Notes: generated by a model not told the origin, from the letters alone. 64,000 bases of DNA from an uncultured Omnitrophica bacterium (GCA_947085655.1 CAMTXH010000013.1:23513-87512), one strand, 5' to 3'; positions 46,423-56,470 are shown, counted from the stretch's first letter. Made by a program: numbers and translations.

Positions 46423-47526
46423 TTGAACCAACTCCTCCTCATTGAAGACGATACGCTCATTCTGGAGCCGCTCCAACGCTTTCTGGCGCAAAAAGGATTT
46501 GCCGTCCAGACGGCCCCCACCCTTGAGAAGGCCTACGCTCTCTGCCAGAACGGAAAACCGCAAATCATCCTCTCCGATCTTCATCTGCCGGACGGAAGCG
46601 CCCTTGATTTTCTGAAGAAGATGCCTGTAGCTGCCCACGAGATCATCTTTATCCTTATGGCAGAGATGGGTAATGTGAATCTCCTTTTGGAAGCGCTCCG
46701 GTTGGGGGCGGATGACTATCTCTTTAAACCGATTGAGAATCTGGAAAGCGTCGTTTCCCTCATCGAAAAGCAACTCCGGAAGCATCCCGAAGGGGGAAGG
46801 GTGTTAACGGACCGGGAGGTGGAACAGGCGGAGAGTATCGAGCGGATGGTCCAGGAGAATGATTTTGAAATGGTTTTTCAACCGATCTTCCGGCTGGATG
46901 ACCGTTCCATTTTCGGATGTGAAGCGCTTCTTCGTCCGGGGACCAGTTCCCCCCTTCCCAAGCCGGGAGCGCTGATGGACCTTTCCAAACATCTCGGCGT
47001 GGTGCGAGTTTTGGATCTTGCCTGTTTTCAAAAAGCACTGGCGACGGTTCCGCCCAATACGCCGCGGCTTTTCGTGAATATCGAGACAGAGACGATTGCC
47101 GACCCGGACATCCTGCTTAAACTGCTCTCCCTTTCCGAACAGTTCAAGCCGTCGCTTGTTCTGGAAGTGACGGAGCGGGGAACGGTGGCGAATCTGGATA
47201 TTTTGATGGGACCCTGCGAGGTCCTTCGTAAACGGAAGATCGCCCTTGCGGTGGACGATGTCGGAAGCGGCTACGCTTCCATTGAGCGGGTGCTGAGCAT
47301 CCGTCCCCAATTTCTGAAGATTGCCATGAGCATTACGCGGAGCGTTGACGCGGATACCATCCGCCGCGTGATGGCGGAATCGATTCTTTACATGAGCCAG
47401 CGGATCGGCGCATCGGTCATCGCGGAAGGTATCGAAACGGAAAAGGAACTTGCCATCTTGAAGCAGGTGGGAGTGCCTCTTGGGCAGGGGTACTATTTTT
47501 TGCCGGAGGGTCGGGGTAAAAGATAG
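46423..47526 (+). CDS. REC-EAL response regulator, c-di-GMP phosphodiesterase
   Basis: LLIEDD, SDLHLPD; EALLR, FVN, EVTE, DDVGSGY, AEGIE, QGY. Confidence 0.92.
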   Translation: MNQLLLIEDDTLILEPLQRFLAQKGFAVQTAPTLEKAYALCQNGKPQIILSDLHLPDGSALDFLKKMPVAAHEIIFILMAEMGNVNLLLEALRLGADDYLFKPIENLESVVSLIEKQLRKHPEGGRVLTDREVEQAESIERMVQENDFEMVFQPIFRLDDRSIFGCEALLRPGTSSPLPKPGALMDLSKHLGVVRVLDLACFQKALATVPPNTPRLFVNIETETIADPDILLKLLSLSEQFKPSLVLEVTERGTVANLDILMGPCEVLRKRKIALAVDDVGSGYASIERVLSIRPQFLKIAMSITRSVDADTIRRVMAESILYMSQRIGASVIAEGIETEKELAILKQVGVPLGQGYYFLPEGRGKR

Positions 47527-47540
47527 TGGAAACAAGGTAA

Positions 47541-49130
47541 ATGGCGCGAAGAGAAAAAGAGGGAGAAATAACCAGGTCCCGCGAGAAATGGGCGACGCGC
47601 CTTGGACTGGTCTTAGCCATGGCAGGGAACGCGATAGGACTTGGAAATTTTCTCCGGTTCCCGGTGCAATGCGCCCAGAACGGCGGCGGCGCTTTCATGA
47701 TTCCTTATTTCGCCGCCTTTCTTCTTTTGGGGATTCCCCTCATGTGGATCGAGTGGGGAATCGGCCGATTCGGCGGAAAATACGGCCATGGGACCACCCC
47801 CGGGATGTTCCATTATCTTTGGAAGCATCCCCTTGCAAAATACCTGGGGGCGATCGGGGTGGCGATCCCTCTGGGGCTCGTCGTCTATTACACCTATATT
47901 GAATCTTGGACGTTGGCCTACGGCGTCTTTTCCTTCACCGGAAAATATTTCGGGATTCAAAGTCGTGAAGGGATGTCGCAATTCCTATCCAGCTACCAGG
48001 GAACAACATTAAGCCCCTATTTTAACGGAATCGGCACCGCCTATCTTTTCTTCTTGATCACGCTTGCACTCAACATCTGGGTTTTAATCCGAGGGATTTC
48101 GGGGGGAATTGAATGGCTTGCCACCTGGGCGATTCCCATGATCTTTGTCCTCGGATTTATTCTCATTATCCGCGTTTTTACTCTTGGGACGCCGGATCCC
48201 GCGTTTCCGGATCAAAGCGTCTGGAACGGCCTCGGTTTTATCTGGAATCCCGATTTCGCGCCTTTACGGAATAGCAAGGTCTGGCTTGCGGCAACGGGCC
48301 AAATCTTTTTCACACTCAGTCTTGGTTTTGGCGCGATTCAGACCTATGCGAGTTACCTTTCCGAAAAGGATGATGTTGTTGTCTCCGGCCTTGCGGCCAG
48401 TTCCGCAAATGAATTTGCGGAGGTGATTTTAGGCGGCTCTATCGCCATCCCCGTGGCCGTGGCTTTTTTCGGCCTTACGGCGACTCAGGAGATCGCCTCC
48501 AAAGGGGCGTTCGATCTCGGATTTTTTGCGATGCCAATCATTTTCCAGAAACTTCCTTTTGGGCAATTCTTCGGAGCCATCTGGTTTTTCCTCCTCTTTT
48601 TGGCCGCCGTCACCTCTTCTGTGGCGATGGCACAGCCGGTGATGGCCTTTCTCCAGGAGGAATTCAAAATGACCCGTAAAAAGGCGGCATGGACGATCGG
48701 CGCCGTTCTTTTCTTCCTCATGCAGCCGGTCATTTTTTTCCTCAAATTCGGTTTTCTGGATGAGATGGATTTCTGGATTGGAACCTTCGGCATCGTTGTT
48801 TTCGCCGTCATCGAAGTGTTCCTCTTTATCTGGCTTTTCGGCTCGAAGAATGCGTGGAAGGAGATGAATATAGGTGCAGAAATTGAGATCCCCCGACTTT
48901 TCATGCCCATTATGAAATATGTGACTCCCGTTTACTTGGCCCTCCTATTGATCGTTTGGTTTGTTCAAGACGGAATGAAGGTGTTGCGGATGGAGGGGAT
49001 TCCGCCTGAAAATCGGCCTTACATCTGGTTTGCGCGATTTCTTCTGATTGGAATCTGTCTTGCCATGGTGATTTTGGTTCGGATTGCTTGGCAGCGGAAA
49101 CATTACATCCAACATAAGGTGCCGCGATGA
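47541..49130 (+). CDS. NSS-family sodium-dependent transporter (LeuT-like)
   Basis: AGNAIGLGNFLRFP, QIFFTLSLG. Confidence 0.93.
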   Translation: MARREKEGEITRSREKWATRLGLVLAMAGNAIGLGNFLRFPVQCAQNGGGAFMIPYFAAFLLLGIPLMWIEWGIGRFGGKYGHGTTPGMFHYLWKHPLAKYLGAIGVAIPLGLVVYYTYIESWTLAYGVFSFTGKYFGIQSREGMSQFLSSYQGTTLSPYFNGIGTAYLFFLITLALNIWVLIRGISGGIEWLATWAIPMIFVLGFILIIRVFTLGTPDPAFPDQSVWNGLGFIWNPDFAPLRNSKVWLAATGQIFFTLSLGFGAIQTYASYLSEKDDVVVSGLAASSANEFAEVILGGSIAIPVAVAFFGLTATQEIASKGAFDLGFFAMPIIFQKLPFGQFFGAIWFFLLFLAAVTSSVAMAQPVMAFLQEEFKMTRKKAAWTIGAVLFFLMQPVIFFLKFGFLDEMDFWIGTFGIVVFAVIEVFLFIWLFGSKNAWKEMNIGAEIEIPRLFMPIMKYVTPVYLALLLIVWFVQDGMKVLRMEGIPPENRPYIWFARFLLIGICLAMVILVRIAWQRKHYIQHKVPR

Positions 49131-49228
49131 CTCCTGCGGGATGGGTGTTCTTTCTTTTCAGTTGGGGAATGATCATTTTTCTCGCTCTCTTTTCCTTTAA
49201 CAGGGTCTTAAGGACGAAAAGGAAATAA
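49127..49228 (+). CDS. 33-aa single-TM protein, MetS-like NSS small subunit (not in ORF track)
   Basis: MTPAGWVFFLFSWGMIIFLALFSFNRVLRTKRK; ATGA overlap with the NSS gene. Confidence 0.7.
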   Translation: MTPAGWVFFLFSWGMIIFLALFSFNRVLRTKRK

Positions 49229-49231
49229 TCC

Positions 49232-50485
49232 TTGAAACCGATTGGTCTGAAGCGGGGATATCGGACCCCCTTTGTGAAACAGGGAAGGGAATTCGCCCAT
49301 TTGAATGCGGTCGATCTCTCCGTGGCCTTAATCGACGGGATGTTGGAAAAAAAAGAAGTCCCGCAGGAGGCGATTCAACATGTCATTTGGGGAATGGTAG
49401 TGCCGGATCCGGATATTTACTCCATCGGCCGGGAGGCGGTCCTTGCTTCGCGGCTTGATAAGGGCGTGGAGGCGTACAGTCTCTCCCGTGCCTGCGCCAC
49501 CTCGCTTCAGGCGACGGCCAATGCGGCTTCTTTTTATCAGGCCTTTCCGGAGGAGCCCTCCGTGACATTGGCGGGCGGAGTGGAGTCATTTTCTTCGACG
49601 CGGCCGATCCTGACCCAGGAGGCCTCGCGCTTTTTCAAAATAGTGGCCGGGAGGGTCTCGTTCTGGAGAAAAGTCGGGGCCTTTTTCAAAACGCCCCTTT
49701 CGAATTTTTTTCCGGTTCCCCCCTCGGCCAAAGAGTATTCGACAGGCCTGACCATGGGAGAGCATTGCGAGTTGATGGTAAAATCGTTCCAGATTCCGAG
49801 GCAGCGGCAGGACCGATTTGCCCTCGCCTCCCACCGGCATGCGGTGACGGCGCGCGAGGCACTTGCTTCGCAAATTATCCCGGTAAACCATGTCTCCCAG
49901 GATACCTTGATCCGGCCGGATACGTCTCTTGAAGCGCTGGGAACGCTCCCGCCCGTTTTTGACCGTAAGACCGGGACGCTGACCGCGGGGAACTCAAGCC
50001 CGTACACCGACGGAGCGGCGGCCCTTTATGTCATTTCCCCGAAACTGGAGGCGGCGGTAAAGCCGGATGCATATCTTTTGGATTATGAATTTGTGGCGGT
50101 AAACCCCAAGGACGGACTTCTCATGGGTCCGGGGAAAGCGATGCTTCGACTCCTTTCGCGAAATCGCCTGAAGTGGCGCGATATTTCTTACATTGAAATC
50201 CACGAGGCGTTTGCCGGTCAGGTGCTCTGCAATGTGGATGCGGCGAACAGTCCTTCTTACCGCACCAACACCTACGGCGTTGATTACGATCCCGGTCAAT
50301 TGGAAGAGGAGCGAATCAATCCTTGGGGTTCTTCCATCGCCTACGGCCATCCCTTCGGGGCGACCGGCGCGCGCATGCTGAACCAGGCGATTGCCTTCTT
50401 AAAAAAAGAAAAAGGGGAACTTGCGATTCTTGGAATCTGCACGGCAGGAGGTCTTGCGGGCGGCTGTCTTTTGAAGGCGGCTTGA
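49232..50485 (+). CDS. acetyl-CoA C-acyltransferase (FadI-like thiolase)
   Basis: RACATS, HEAF, GHPFGATG, CTAGG. Confidence 0.92.
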   Translation: MKPIGLKRGYRTPFVKQGREFAHLNAVDLSVALIDGMLEKKEVPQEAIQHVIWGMVVPDPDIYSIGREAVLASRLDKGVEAYSLSRACATSLQATANAASFYQAFPEEPSVTLAGGVESFSSTRPILTQEASRFFKIVAGRVSFWRKVGAFFKTPLSNFFPVPPSAKEYSTGLTMGEHCELMVKSFQIPRQRQDRFALASHRHAVTAREALASQIIPVNHVSQDTLIRPDTSLEALGTLPPVFDRKTGTLTAGNSSPYTDGAAALYVISPKLEAAVKPDAYLLDYEFVAVNPKDGLLMGPGKAMLRLLSRNRLKWRDISYIEIHEAFAGQVLCNVDAANSPSYRTNTYGVDYDPGQLEEERINPWGSSIAYGHPFGATGARMLNQAIAFLKKEKGELAILGICTAGGLAGGCLLKAA

Positions 50486-50522
50486 CCCAATCAATAGAGA
50501 TAGGGGTGAGGAGGAGGAAAAG

Positions 50523-50828
50523 GTGAAAAGAGTCGGATGGATCTGGGGAATTTTAGCGGTCTTGGTGTTCGCAACGGCCCTTCAGGCGGAAGAGACCAAG
50601 ATGCGGAGCGGGACGTTCGGGGAGTATCTTTCCGAGGAGGAACTCTCCCCTCCCGAGGAAGTATTTGAAAACGAGCTCTTGGCGCCGCTTGCCCGGCCGG
50701 TGCAGGCGGTCATCCAGAGCGTCGGGAGCACAGTCGAACCGATGCTTGAGGAAAGGCCGCTGGGCGGGGAGGGGGAGGAAGGTCCGAAACTCAAACCAAA
50801 AGAGGGGAAAGTTCAGATTGATTTTTAA
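50523..50828 (+). CDS. small secreted hypothetical protein
   Basis: RBS, signal peptide, acidic body, ends in VQIDF. Confidence 0.65.
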   Translation: MKRVGWIWGILAVLVFATALQAEETKMRSGTFGEYLSEEELSPPEEVFENELLAPLARPVQAVIQSVGSTVEPMLEERPLGGEGEEGPKLKPKEGKVQIDF

Positions 50829-52028
50829 ATGTTCGCAAGACGGACTGAATGGCCCTCCCACCCGAACCGCCTCACACAAAAACTAAGCGCTCTTCGTGAG
50901 GCCGGACGGCCGGTTCTGGACCTGACCGAATCAAACCCAACCCGCTGTGCGTTTCAGTATCCTGCCGAATTCCTTAAAACGTTTGACGACCCCAAAAACC
51001 TCACATACGATCCCTCTCCAAGGGGACTTCTCAAGGCCCGAAAGTCAGTAGCCGGATACTATAGAACAAAAGGAATTTCCGTCGACCCGGAACATATTAT
51101 CCTTACCGCCTCAACGAGTGAGGCCTATTCATTCCTTTTCCGCCTTCTCCTCAATCCCGGCGAAAAAATCCTTGTTCCCCGACCGAGTTATCCCCTTTTT
51201 GAATACCTTGCTTCCCTCGACGATGTGGCCATTGATTCCTATCCTCTGAGTTACGGGGAGAGATGGGAAATCGATCTAAAAACAGTTAAGGAAAAAATTT
51301 CTCCCGAAACAAAAGCGCTCGTTCTTGTCCATCCCAATAACCCGACCGGTTCCTTTGTCAAAAAGGAGGAAAAGGAACATCTGATTTCCATTGCAAAAGA
51401 GAAAAACCTTGCGCTCATCTGCGACGAAGTTTTTCTGGATTATCCGTATCCGGAAAACACGGCTCATGCTATCAGTTTTGCAGGTGAGAAAAACGCACTT
51501 ACTTTTACGTTAAGCGGTATTTCAAAAGTGCTTGCACTCCCCCAGATGAAACTCGGCTGGATCGTGGTGAACGGTTCCGACAAACTTCGTGATGCATCCA
51601 TCGAACGGCTTGAACTGATTTCGGATACGTATCTTTCAGTGAACACCCCTGTGCAACAAGCGCTTGATGCATGGTTTTCCTTCCGGCCGGCACTTCAGGA
51701 CCAAGTCCGAAAACGAATTCTGATGAATCGGGAATTTCTCCTGAAAAAATGCCGAACCGAAAACGCGGATCTCCTGAACGGGGAAGGGGGGTGGTATGCG
51801 ATCCTGCGGCTCCCGGGCGCGGAGGATGAAGAAAAATGGGTCCTGGGACTTCTGGAGAGGCAATCGGTTCTCATTCATCCCGGCTACTTTTATGATTTTT
51901 TTGAGGAGGGCCGTTTTGGCGTGGTGAGTCTTCTTTTACCGACAGAGCAGTTTAGGGGGGGAGTAGACCGTCTATTTAACTATCGACCCATCAAGCACTT
52001 ACACAAATTTAAACGACACAATATCTAG
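50829..52028 (+). CDS. class I/II PLP-dependent aminotransferase
   Basis: PNNPTG, DEVF, SGISK..LPQMKLGW. Confidence 0.92.
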   Translation: MFARRTEWPSHPNRLTQKLSALREAGRPVLDLTESNPTRCAFQYPAEFLKTFDDPKNLTYDPSPRGLLKARKSVAGYYRTKGISVDPEHIILTASTSEAYSFLFRLLLNPGEKILVPRPSYPLFEYLASLDDVAIDSYPLSYGERWEIDLKTVKEKISPETKALVLVHPNNPTGSFVKKEEKEHLISIAKEKNLALICDEVFLDYPYPENTAHAISFAGEKNALTFTLSGISKVLALPQMKLGWIVVNGSDKLRDASIERLELISDTYLSVNTPVQQALDAWFSFRPALQDQVRKRILMNREFLLKKCRTENADLLNGEGGWYAILRLPGAEDEEKWVLGLLERQSVLIHPGYFYDFFEEGRFGVVSLLLPTEQFRGGVDRLFNYRPIKHLHKFKRHNI

Positions 52029-52146
52029 ATATTTCACCTTGCTTTTAGCCCTTTTTTAGGGTAAACTTAAATGAGGCGAATTTATCCCGAAGGCACAGCC
52101 CGAGGGATTCCTTTTTATCCAGTTATTCCCAACTTTTAACGGACTT

Positions 52147-53679
52147 ATGAAACGGCAACCAACCCTAAAAATTATTTCCTTCCTTGCAGCGGAGATCTTC
52201 CTCTTTTCCTCCGTTCTCCCTGTCTCGGCATTCGGAATCGAACACCAAAACCTCCGGCCTTCTGCAAGCGATGGGGCAAACCGTAGCAACCTGGCGCAGG
52301 AACTTAGAAAAGGCAGCGCCCTGGATGCAGAGGACGGCGGAACCAAACAATGGCTTGGTTGGCCGACGGATATCAGCGCTCATCCTTCTGAAGAGACGCT
52401 CCGTGACGCTTCGAAAATTTTGTTAAACGGAAAGAGGGGCTATAGCCGAAATCTCCAACGTCTCTTGCGTCAGCATGCACGGCGCTACAACGGCTTTACT
52501 CTTTTAAGGATCGAGCCGATCCAGCTCGAAAGGGCGCTGAATCAAGAACGGGAAGTCATTCCCAAACAATTTAACGTTGTATCACACTATTACCGGACAG
52601 GGGATCGATTTGCGCCTATTGTGATCGGCGGTTTGAATCAGAAGGGGACACTTTTCATCATCGACGGGAATCACCGGGCAGTCCATGCAATGAAATCGCG
52701 GATTCCCATTTATGCCTATGTCGGAAACTCTGTTCTTAGGCAGGTGAAAGAAACATTGGGAAAAAGGCCCGAGAAAAAGTGGTGGGCCAGGCACCGTCAA
52801 CCTCACAAGGCGCGGGCCTTCTCCGCCCCCGAAAAGGAAAAACAAGGAGGAACTTCGGAAGCCAGGGACAGGGGAGATCAGGCCCGTCTCGAATTGAGCA
52901 GCTATGAGGCCCTCTTGAATGAGGTGTTGAAGGAGGTGGCACAGAGGCGAGGGCAGAAGGGAGGAGGTCAATTCTGGATCGGTGTGAACGGCGTCGGAGG
53001 ATCAGGCAAGACGAGACTTGCAAAAGAGTTGGCGAGCCGGCTCAAACAGCAAGGCGTTCATTCGTTATGGCTTTCGGAAGATCTATGGGTCATCGACCGG
53101 CCGACGCGGAACGAATGGGAGCAGGAACAGGAGCCACGGTTCTTCAGGGATTGGAATTGGGTGCGCTGGCCGGAACTACAGGAGGCCCTGGGCACGGTTC
53201 GGGCAATATCACAGGGAACAGCGCGGCTTAAGGGGCTCTATAATCGCTCGGAGGGGGGTCGCACAAATTTAGAAATAGAGGAAGAAATTTTTCCTGATAC
53301 CGTCGTGGTTTACGACGGCATGTATCTTGCCAATCCGGAACGTTACCCCCCTGGTTCATTTGGCCTTTTCGTCTTCCTGGATATTCCAAACGAACTGAGT
53401 CTTGACCGCATGATCGAACGGGATCTTGCATTTGGACGTTCCCCTGAAGACACTGAGAAACTTTTCCGACTCGTCTACGACCCTTCCTGGAACGCCTACG
53501 TCGAGAATACACACCCCAAAAGGAGAGCAGACCTTGTATACGATATGACGGACTTTGAACGTCCGGCTCGCCTCCTCTACGGAGACGAGGCGCGGGATGG
53601 GGGAGAACGTTTTCTGAGTCTCCCCGGCGCCGGTCGCCTCACTGTTCCAGAGCCCTCCCCGGCCCTCCTCAGTCCTTAA
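52147..53679 (+). CDS. signal-peptide protein with ParB/Srx-like and uridine-kinase-like domains separated by DGG-type motifs
   Basis: Signal peptide; IIDGNHR; GVGGSGKT, VVYDG, RADLV; DAEDGG, EARDRG, EARDGG. Confidence 0.75.
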   Translation: MKRQPTLKIISFLAAEIFLFSSVLPVSAFGIEHQNLRPSASDGANRSNLAQELRKGSALDAEDGGTKQWLGWPTDISAHPSEETLRDASKILLNGKRGYSRNLQRLLRQHARRYNGFTLLRIEPIQLERALNQEREVIPKQFNVVSHYYRTGDRFAPIVIGGLNQKGTLFIIDGNHRAVHAMKSRIPIYAYVGNSVLRQVKETLGKRPEKKWWARHRQPHKARAFSAPEKEKQGGTSEARDRGDQARLELSSYEALLNEVLKEVAQRRGQKGGGQFWIGVNGVGGSGKTRLAKELASRLKQQGVHSLWLSEDLWVIDRPTRNEWEQEQEPRFFRDWNWVRWPELQEALGTVRAISQGTARLKGLYNRSEGGRTNLEIEEEIFPDTVVVYDGMYLANPERYPPGSFGLFVFLDIPNELSLDRMIERDLAFGRSPEDTEKLFRLVYDPSWNAYVENTHPKRRADLVYDMTDFERPARLLYGDEARDGGERFLSLPGAGRLTVPEPSPALLSP

Positions 53680-53747
53680 TCCCTCCAAAAATTCCTGCAA
53701 GAATTTTCCTAGATTTTACGTCATGTATAGATGGGAGGAGGTCTGTC

Positions 53748-53961
53748 ATGAAAGCGATTGTTCCACAAGGAATGATTGAACAAAGGATTCTACTCATTCG
53801 AGGACACAAGGTTATGCTGGATAGCGACCTTGCGGAGCTTTACGGCGTAGCCACGAAAATGCTCATTCGGGCTGTCAAAAGAAATAAAGAGCGTTTTCCA
53901 ACAACTCATGGCTCCTCCAGAAAAACCGAAAAGAAGCATCGGCTTCCGTTCAACTCCCTAA
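53748..53961 (+). pseudogene. ORF6N (KilA-N-like) DNA-binding protein with internal deletion and frameshift
   Basis: IRGHKVMLDSDLAELYGV...KRNKERFP, then in another frame the family-type C-terminus QLMAPPEKPKRSIGF-stop. Confidence 0.8.
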
Positions 53962-53993
53962 TCTTCCAAAATCTTTATCGTCAAAAATACCCC

Positions 53994-54040
53994 TTGACAA
54001 AGTGTATTCCATACACTATACTTATTGTAGGAGATACACG
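53994..54040 (+). promoter_or_regulatory. sigma70 promoter with two NrtR-type operators
   Basis: TTGACA-N17-TATACT; AGTGTATTCCATACACT (54001-54017) and ATTGTAGGAGATACACG (54024-54040), both GT-N7-AC. Confidence 0.8.
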
Positions 54041-54057
54041 AAGAAAAAGGGAAGCCG

Positions 54058-54744
54058 ATGCCGCGATTCTCTTTTGACAAACATGCGTTAACCGTTGATA
54101 TTGTTCTATTTACGATTCATAGGGGGATACTTAAAGTCCTTCTTGTGAGACGGGAAAATCCCCCCTTTCAAGGGAAGTGGGCCCTTCCGGGAGGACCGGT
54201 AGAGAGGGATGAGTCGGTGGATGAGGCAGCGCTCCGGCAGCTCCAAAAGGAGACCCAGGTCGGCAATGTCTATCTGGAGCAGCTCTATACTTTTGGAGAT
54301 CTGAAGCGGGATCCCCGTGGAAGGGTCATCACCGTTGCTTATTATGCCCTGGTGAACGAGGACCGCTTCCGGGTGAGCCCCCGTTTAAACGGCCAGGGCG
54401 CGCATCTATTCCCGGTGAAGCGGGTGCCGTCTCCTGCGTTTGACCATCGCAAAATCATCGATTACGCTTTGGAGCGGCTCCGGCACAAGGTGAATTACAC
54501 CACGGTCTGTTTTCAGCTTTTGCCTTCGAAGTTCACCCTTTCGGAATTGCAGGAAGTCTATGAAGTGATTCTGGATCACGAGCTGGACAAGCGGAACTTC
54601 CGGAAAAAGATGCTTCAGCTCAATGTCCTCAAACGGAGGGGGGAGAAACGGAAAGGCGAACCGCAGCGGCCGGCCGAACTCTATTCGTTTTCGGACAGTA
54701 AAGTGGTGACGTTGCAGGAGCGGGGAATTTTAATTCCGTTTTAG
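54058..54744 (+). CDS. nrtR: NrtR Nudix-related transcriptional regulator
   Basis: WALPGG, degenerate Nudix box RQLQKET, YLEQLYTFG..RDPRGR, wHTH DKRNFRKK; upstream of nadA. Confidence 0.9.
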   Translation: MPRFSFDKHALTVDIVLFTIHRGILKVLLVRRENPPFQGKWALPGGPVERDESVDEAALRQLQKETQVGNVYLEQLYTFGDLKRDPRGRVITVAYYALVNEDRFRVSPRLNGQGAHLFPVKRVPSPAFDHRKIIDYALERLRHKVNYTTVCFQLLPSKFTLSELQEVYEVILDHELDKRNFRKKMLQLNVLKRRGEKRKGEPQRPAELYSFSDSKVVTLQERGILIPF

Positions 54745-54746
54745 CA

Positions 54747-55673
54747 ATGGCGAAACAACTTTTTAACACAATCGAAGAGGAAGTTCAAGCCCTTAAGGTG
54801 GAAAAGGAGGCGATCATCCTTGCCCACAATTATCAGGCGGGGGAGATCCAGGATGTGGCCGACTGCATAGGCGATTCGCTCCTTCTGGCCAAGGAAGCGG
54901 TGAGATCGAGCGCGAAAGTCATTATCTTTGCCGGCGTCCGGTTTATGGCGGAGACCACAAAAATCCTGGCTCCGGGAAAATTGGTTCTTCTTCCCGACCT
55001 TGAAGCGGGCTGTTCTTTGGCCGATATGATTACCCCGGAAGATGTTCGGCAATGGAAAAGAGAACACCCGAACGGTGTGGTCCTCGCGTATGTCAACACC
55101 TCCGCTGCCGTCAAGGCAGAGTCGGATTACTGTTGTACGTCCACCAACGCAGAGTTAGTCCTTGCCGCGATTCCGGAGGATAAAGAAGTGTTATTCATTC
55201 CGGACTTTTTCCTCGGGAGTTACCTCAAGATGAAATCGGGCCGGAAGATCGATCTTTGGAAGGGTTACTGCCCCGCCCATGCCCTCATCGATCCAGATCA
55301 TATCATCGCACTCAAAAAGGAGCATCCCAAGGCCGAATTTGTGATGCATCCGGAGTGTGGTTGTCTCACCAAATCGATGCACCTTGCGGACCGGATCGCC
55401 TCAACCGACGGCATGATCCGCTACGTCCGGGAGGCTCCCGCGCGGGAATTCATCATCGGCACAGAAACCGGCATTCTTCACCGGATGCAGAAAGAAAACC
55501 CCGATAAGACCTTCTACGCCGCCGGGGATAACGCCGCCTGTTCCCATATGAAGCGGAATACGCTTGAGAAAATCGTCCATTCCCTCGAAGCGCTGGAATA
55601 TCCCATTGAGGTTCCTCCGGAAATTGCCCGACGGGCCTTTCTCCCCCTTCAGCGGATGATGTCTCTGGGATGA
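54747..55673 (+). CDS. nadA: quinolinate synthase
   Basis: LAHNYQ, AGCSLAD, YVNTSA, HPEC. Confidence 0.95.
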   Translation: MAKQLFNTIEEEVQALKVEKEAIILAHNYQAGEIQDVADCIGDSLLLAKEAVRSSAKVIIFAGVRFMAETTKILAPGKLVLLPDLEAGCSLADMITPEDVRQWKREHPNGVVLAYVNTSAAVKAESDYCCTSTNAELVLAAIPEDKEVLFIPDFFLGSYLKMKSGRKIDLWKGYCPAHALIDPDHIIALKKEHPKAEFVMHPECGCLTKSMHLADRIASTDGMIRYVREAPAREFIIGTETGILHRMQKENPDKTFYAAGDNAACSHMKRNTLEKIVHSLEALEYPIEVPPEIARRAFLPLQRMMSLG

Positions 55674-56470
55674 CCCGCCGTCTCCTTTTGATTTTTCTGC
55701 CGGTCGTTCTGGTCAGTTTGGGTCTGGCCTGGATCATCACCCCGTTTGTTCCTTATCCTTATTTCCGCGTCTTCAACCGGTGCCTTTACGTTCTCGGATT
55801 CTTCGCGATCCTTTTTTTCCAGCGGCGGATCCGAAAAAAAAGTTTCCTGGATCTGGGTCTTGGGGGACGCGGGAAGGCCCTTTCCGATATTTCAGCCGGC
55901 GTCTTGTTGAGCCTCGTTTTCTTTACGGCCGTTACCCTTTTCAGTCTTTATGCCGGATTCAGTGAACTTCATTACCATCCTCCCCTAGCGCGAAAACTGA
56001 TGAATTATGTCCTGGGGAGTATCTTGATCGCTTTTTTTGAGGAAGTAGTCTTTCGCGGCCTCTTCCTCCAGACCCTCATGGATGATTTTTCAACCACGGT
56101 GAGCGTTCTGGTTTCAAGTGCCATCTATGTGCTGGTTCATTTTGTCCGCCCTCTCTTAACCCAACCGGAGGACCTCTCCCAGTTTCCGATGGAGTCCGCC
56201 GGTCTTTTCCTCTTCGGGCTCCTCCTCTGTTACGCCTTCCTTCGAACCGGCTCCCTCTACCTCTCCATGGGACTCCATGGGGGATTTGTCCTCTTGCTCA
56301 AGTTGGACGGCATTGTCGTAGACCGGCTGATGCACCCCCCTGTCTGGCTCTTCGGAGAAGAGCGCCTTGTGGGGGGAGTCGTGACTTGGCTTGGGCTCCT
56401 TCTGATCTTCCCCTTGATCTACTGGTTGACCCGAAAACGGCACCCAAGCAGGATTCGGGTTAGTTTCTAA
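55670..56470 (+). CDS. CPBP (Abi/CAAX) intramembrane metalloprotease
   Basis: EEVVFRG, LVH, GLHGG. Confidence 0.88.
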   Translation: MTRRLLLIFLPVVLVSLGLAWIITPFVPYPYFRVFNRCLYVLGFFAILFFQRRIRKKSFLDLGLGGRGKALSDISAGVLLSLVFFTAVTLFSLYAGFSELHYHPPLARKLMNYVLGSILIAFFEEVVFRGLFLQTLMDDFSTTVSVLVSSAIYVLVHFVRPLLTQPEDLSQFPMESAGLFLFGLLLCYAFLRTGSLYLSMGLHGGFVLLLKLDGIVVDRLMHPPVWLFGEERLVGGVVTWLGLLLIFPLIYWLTRKRHPSRIRVSF

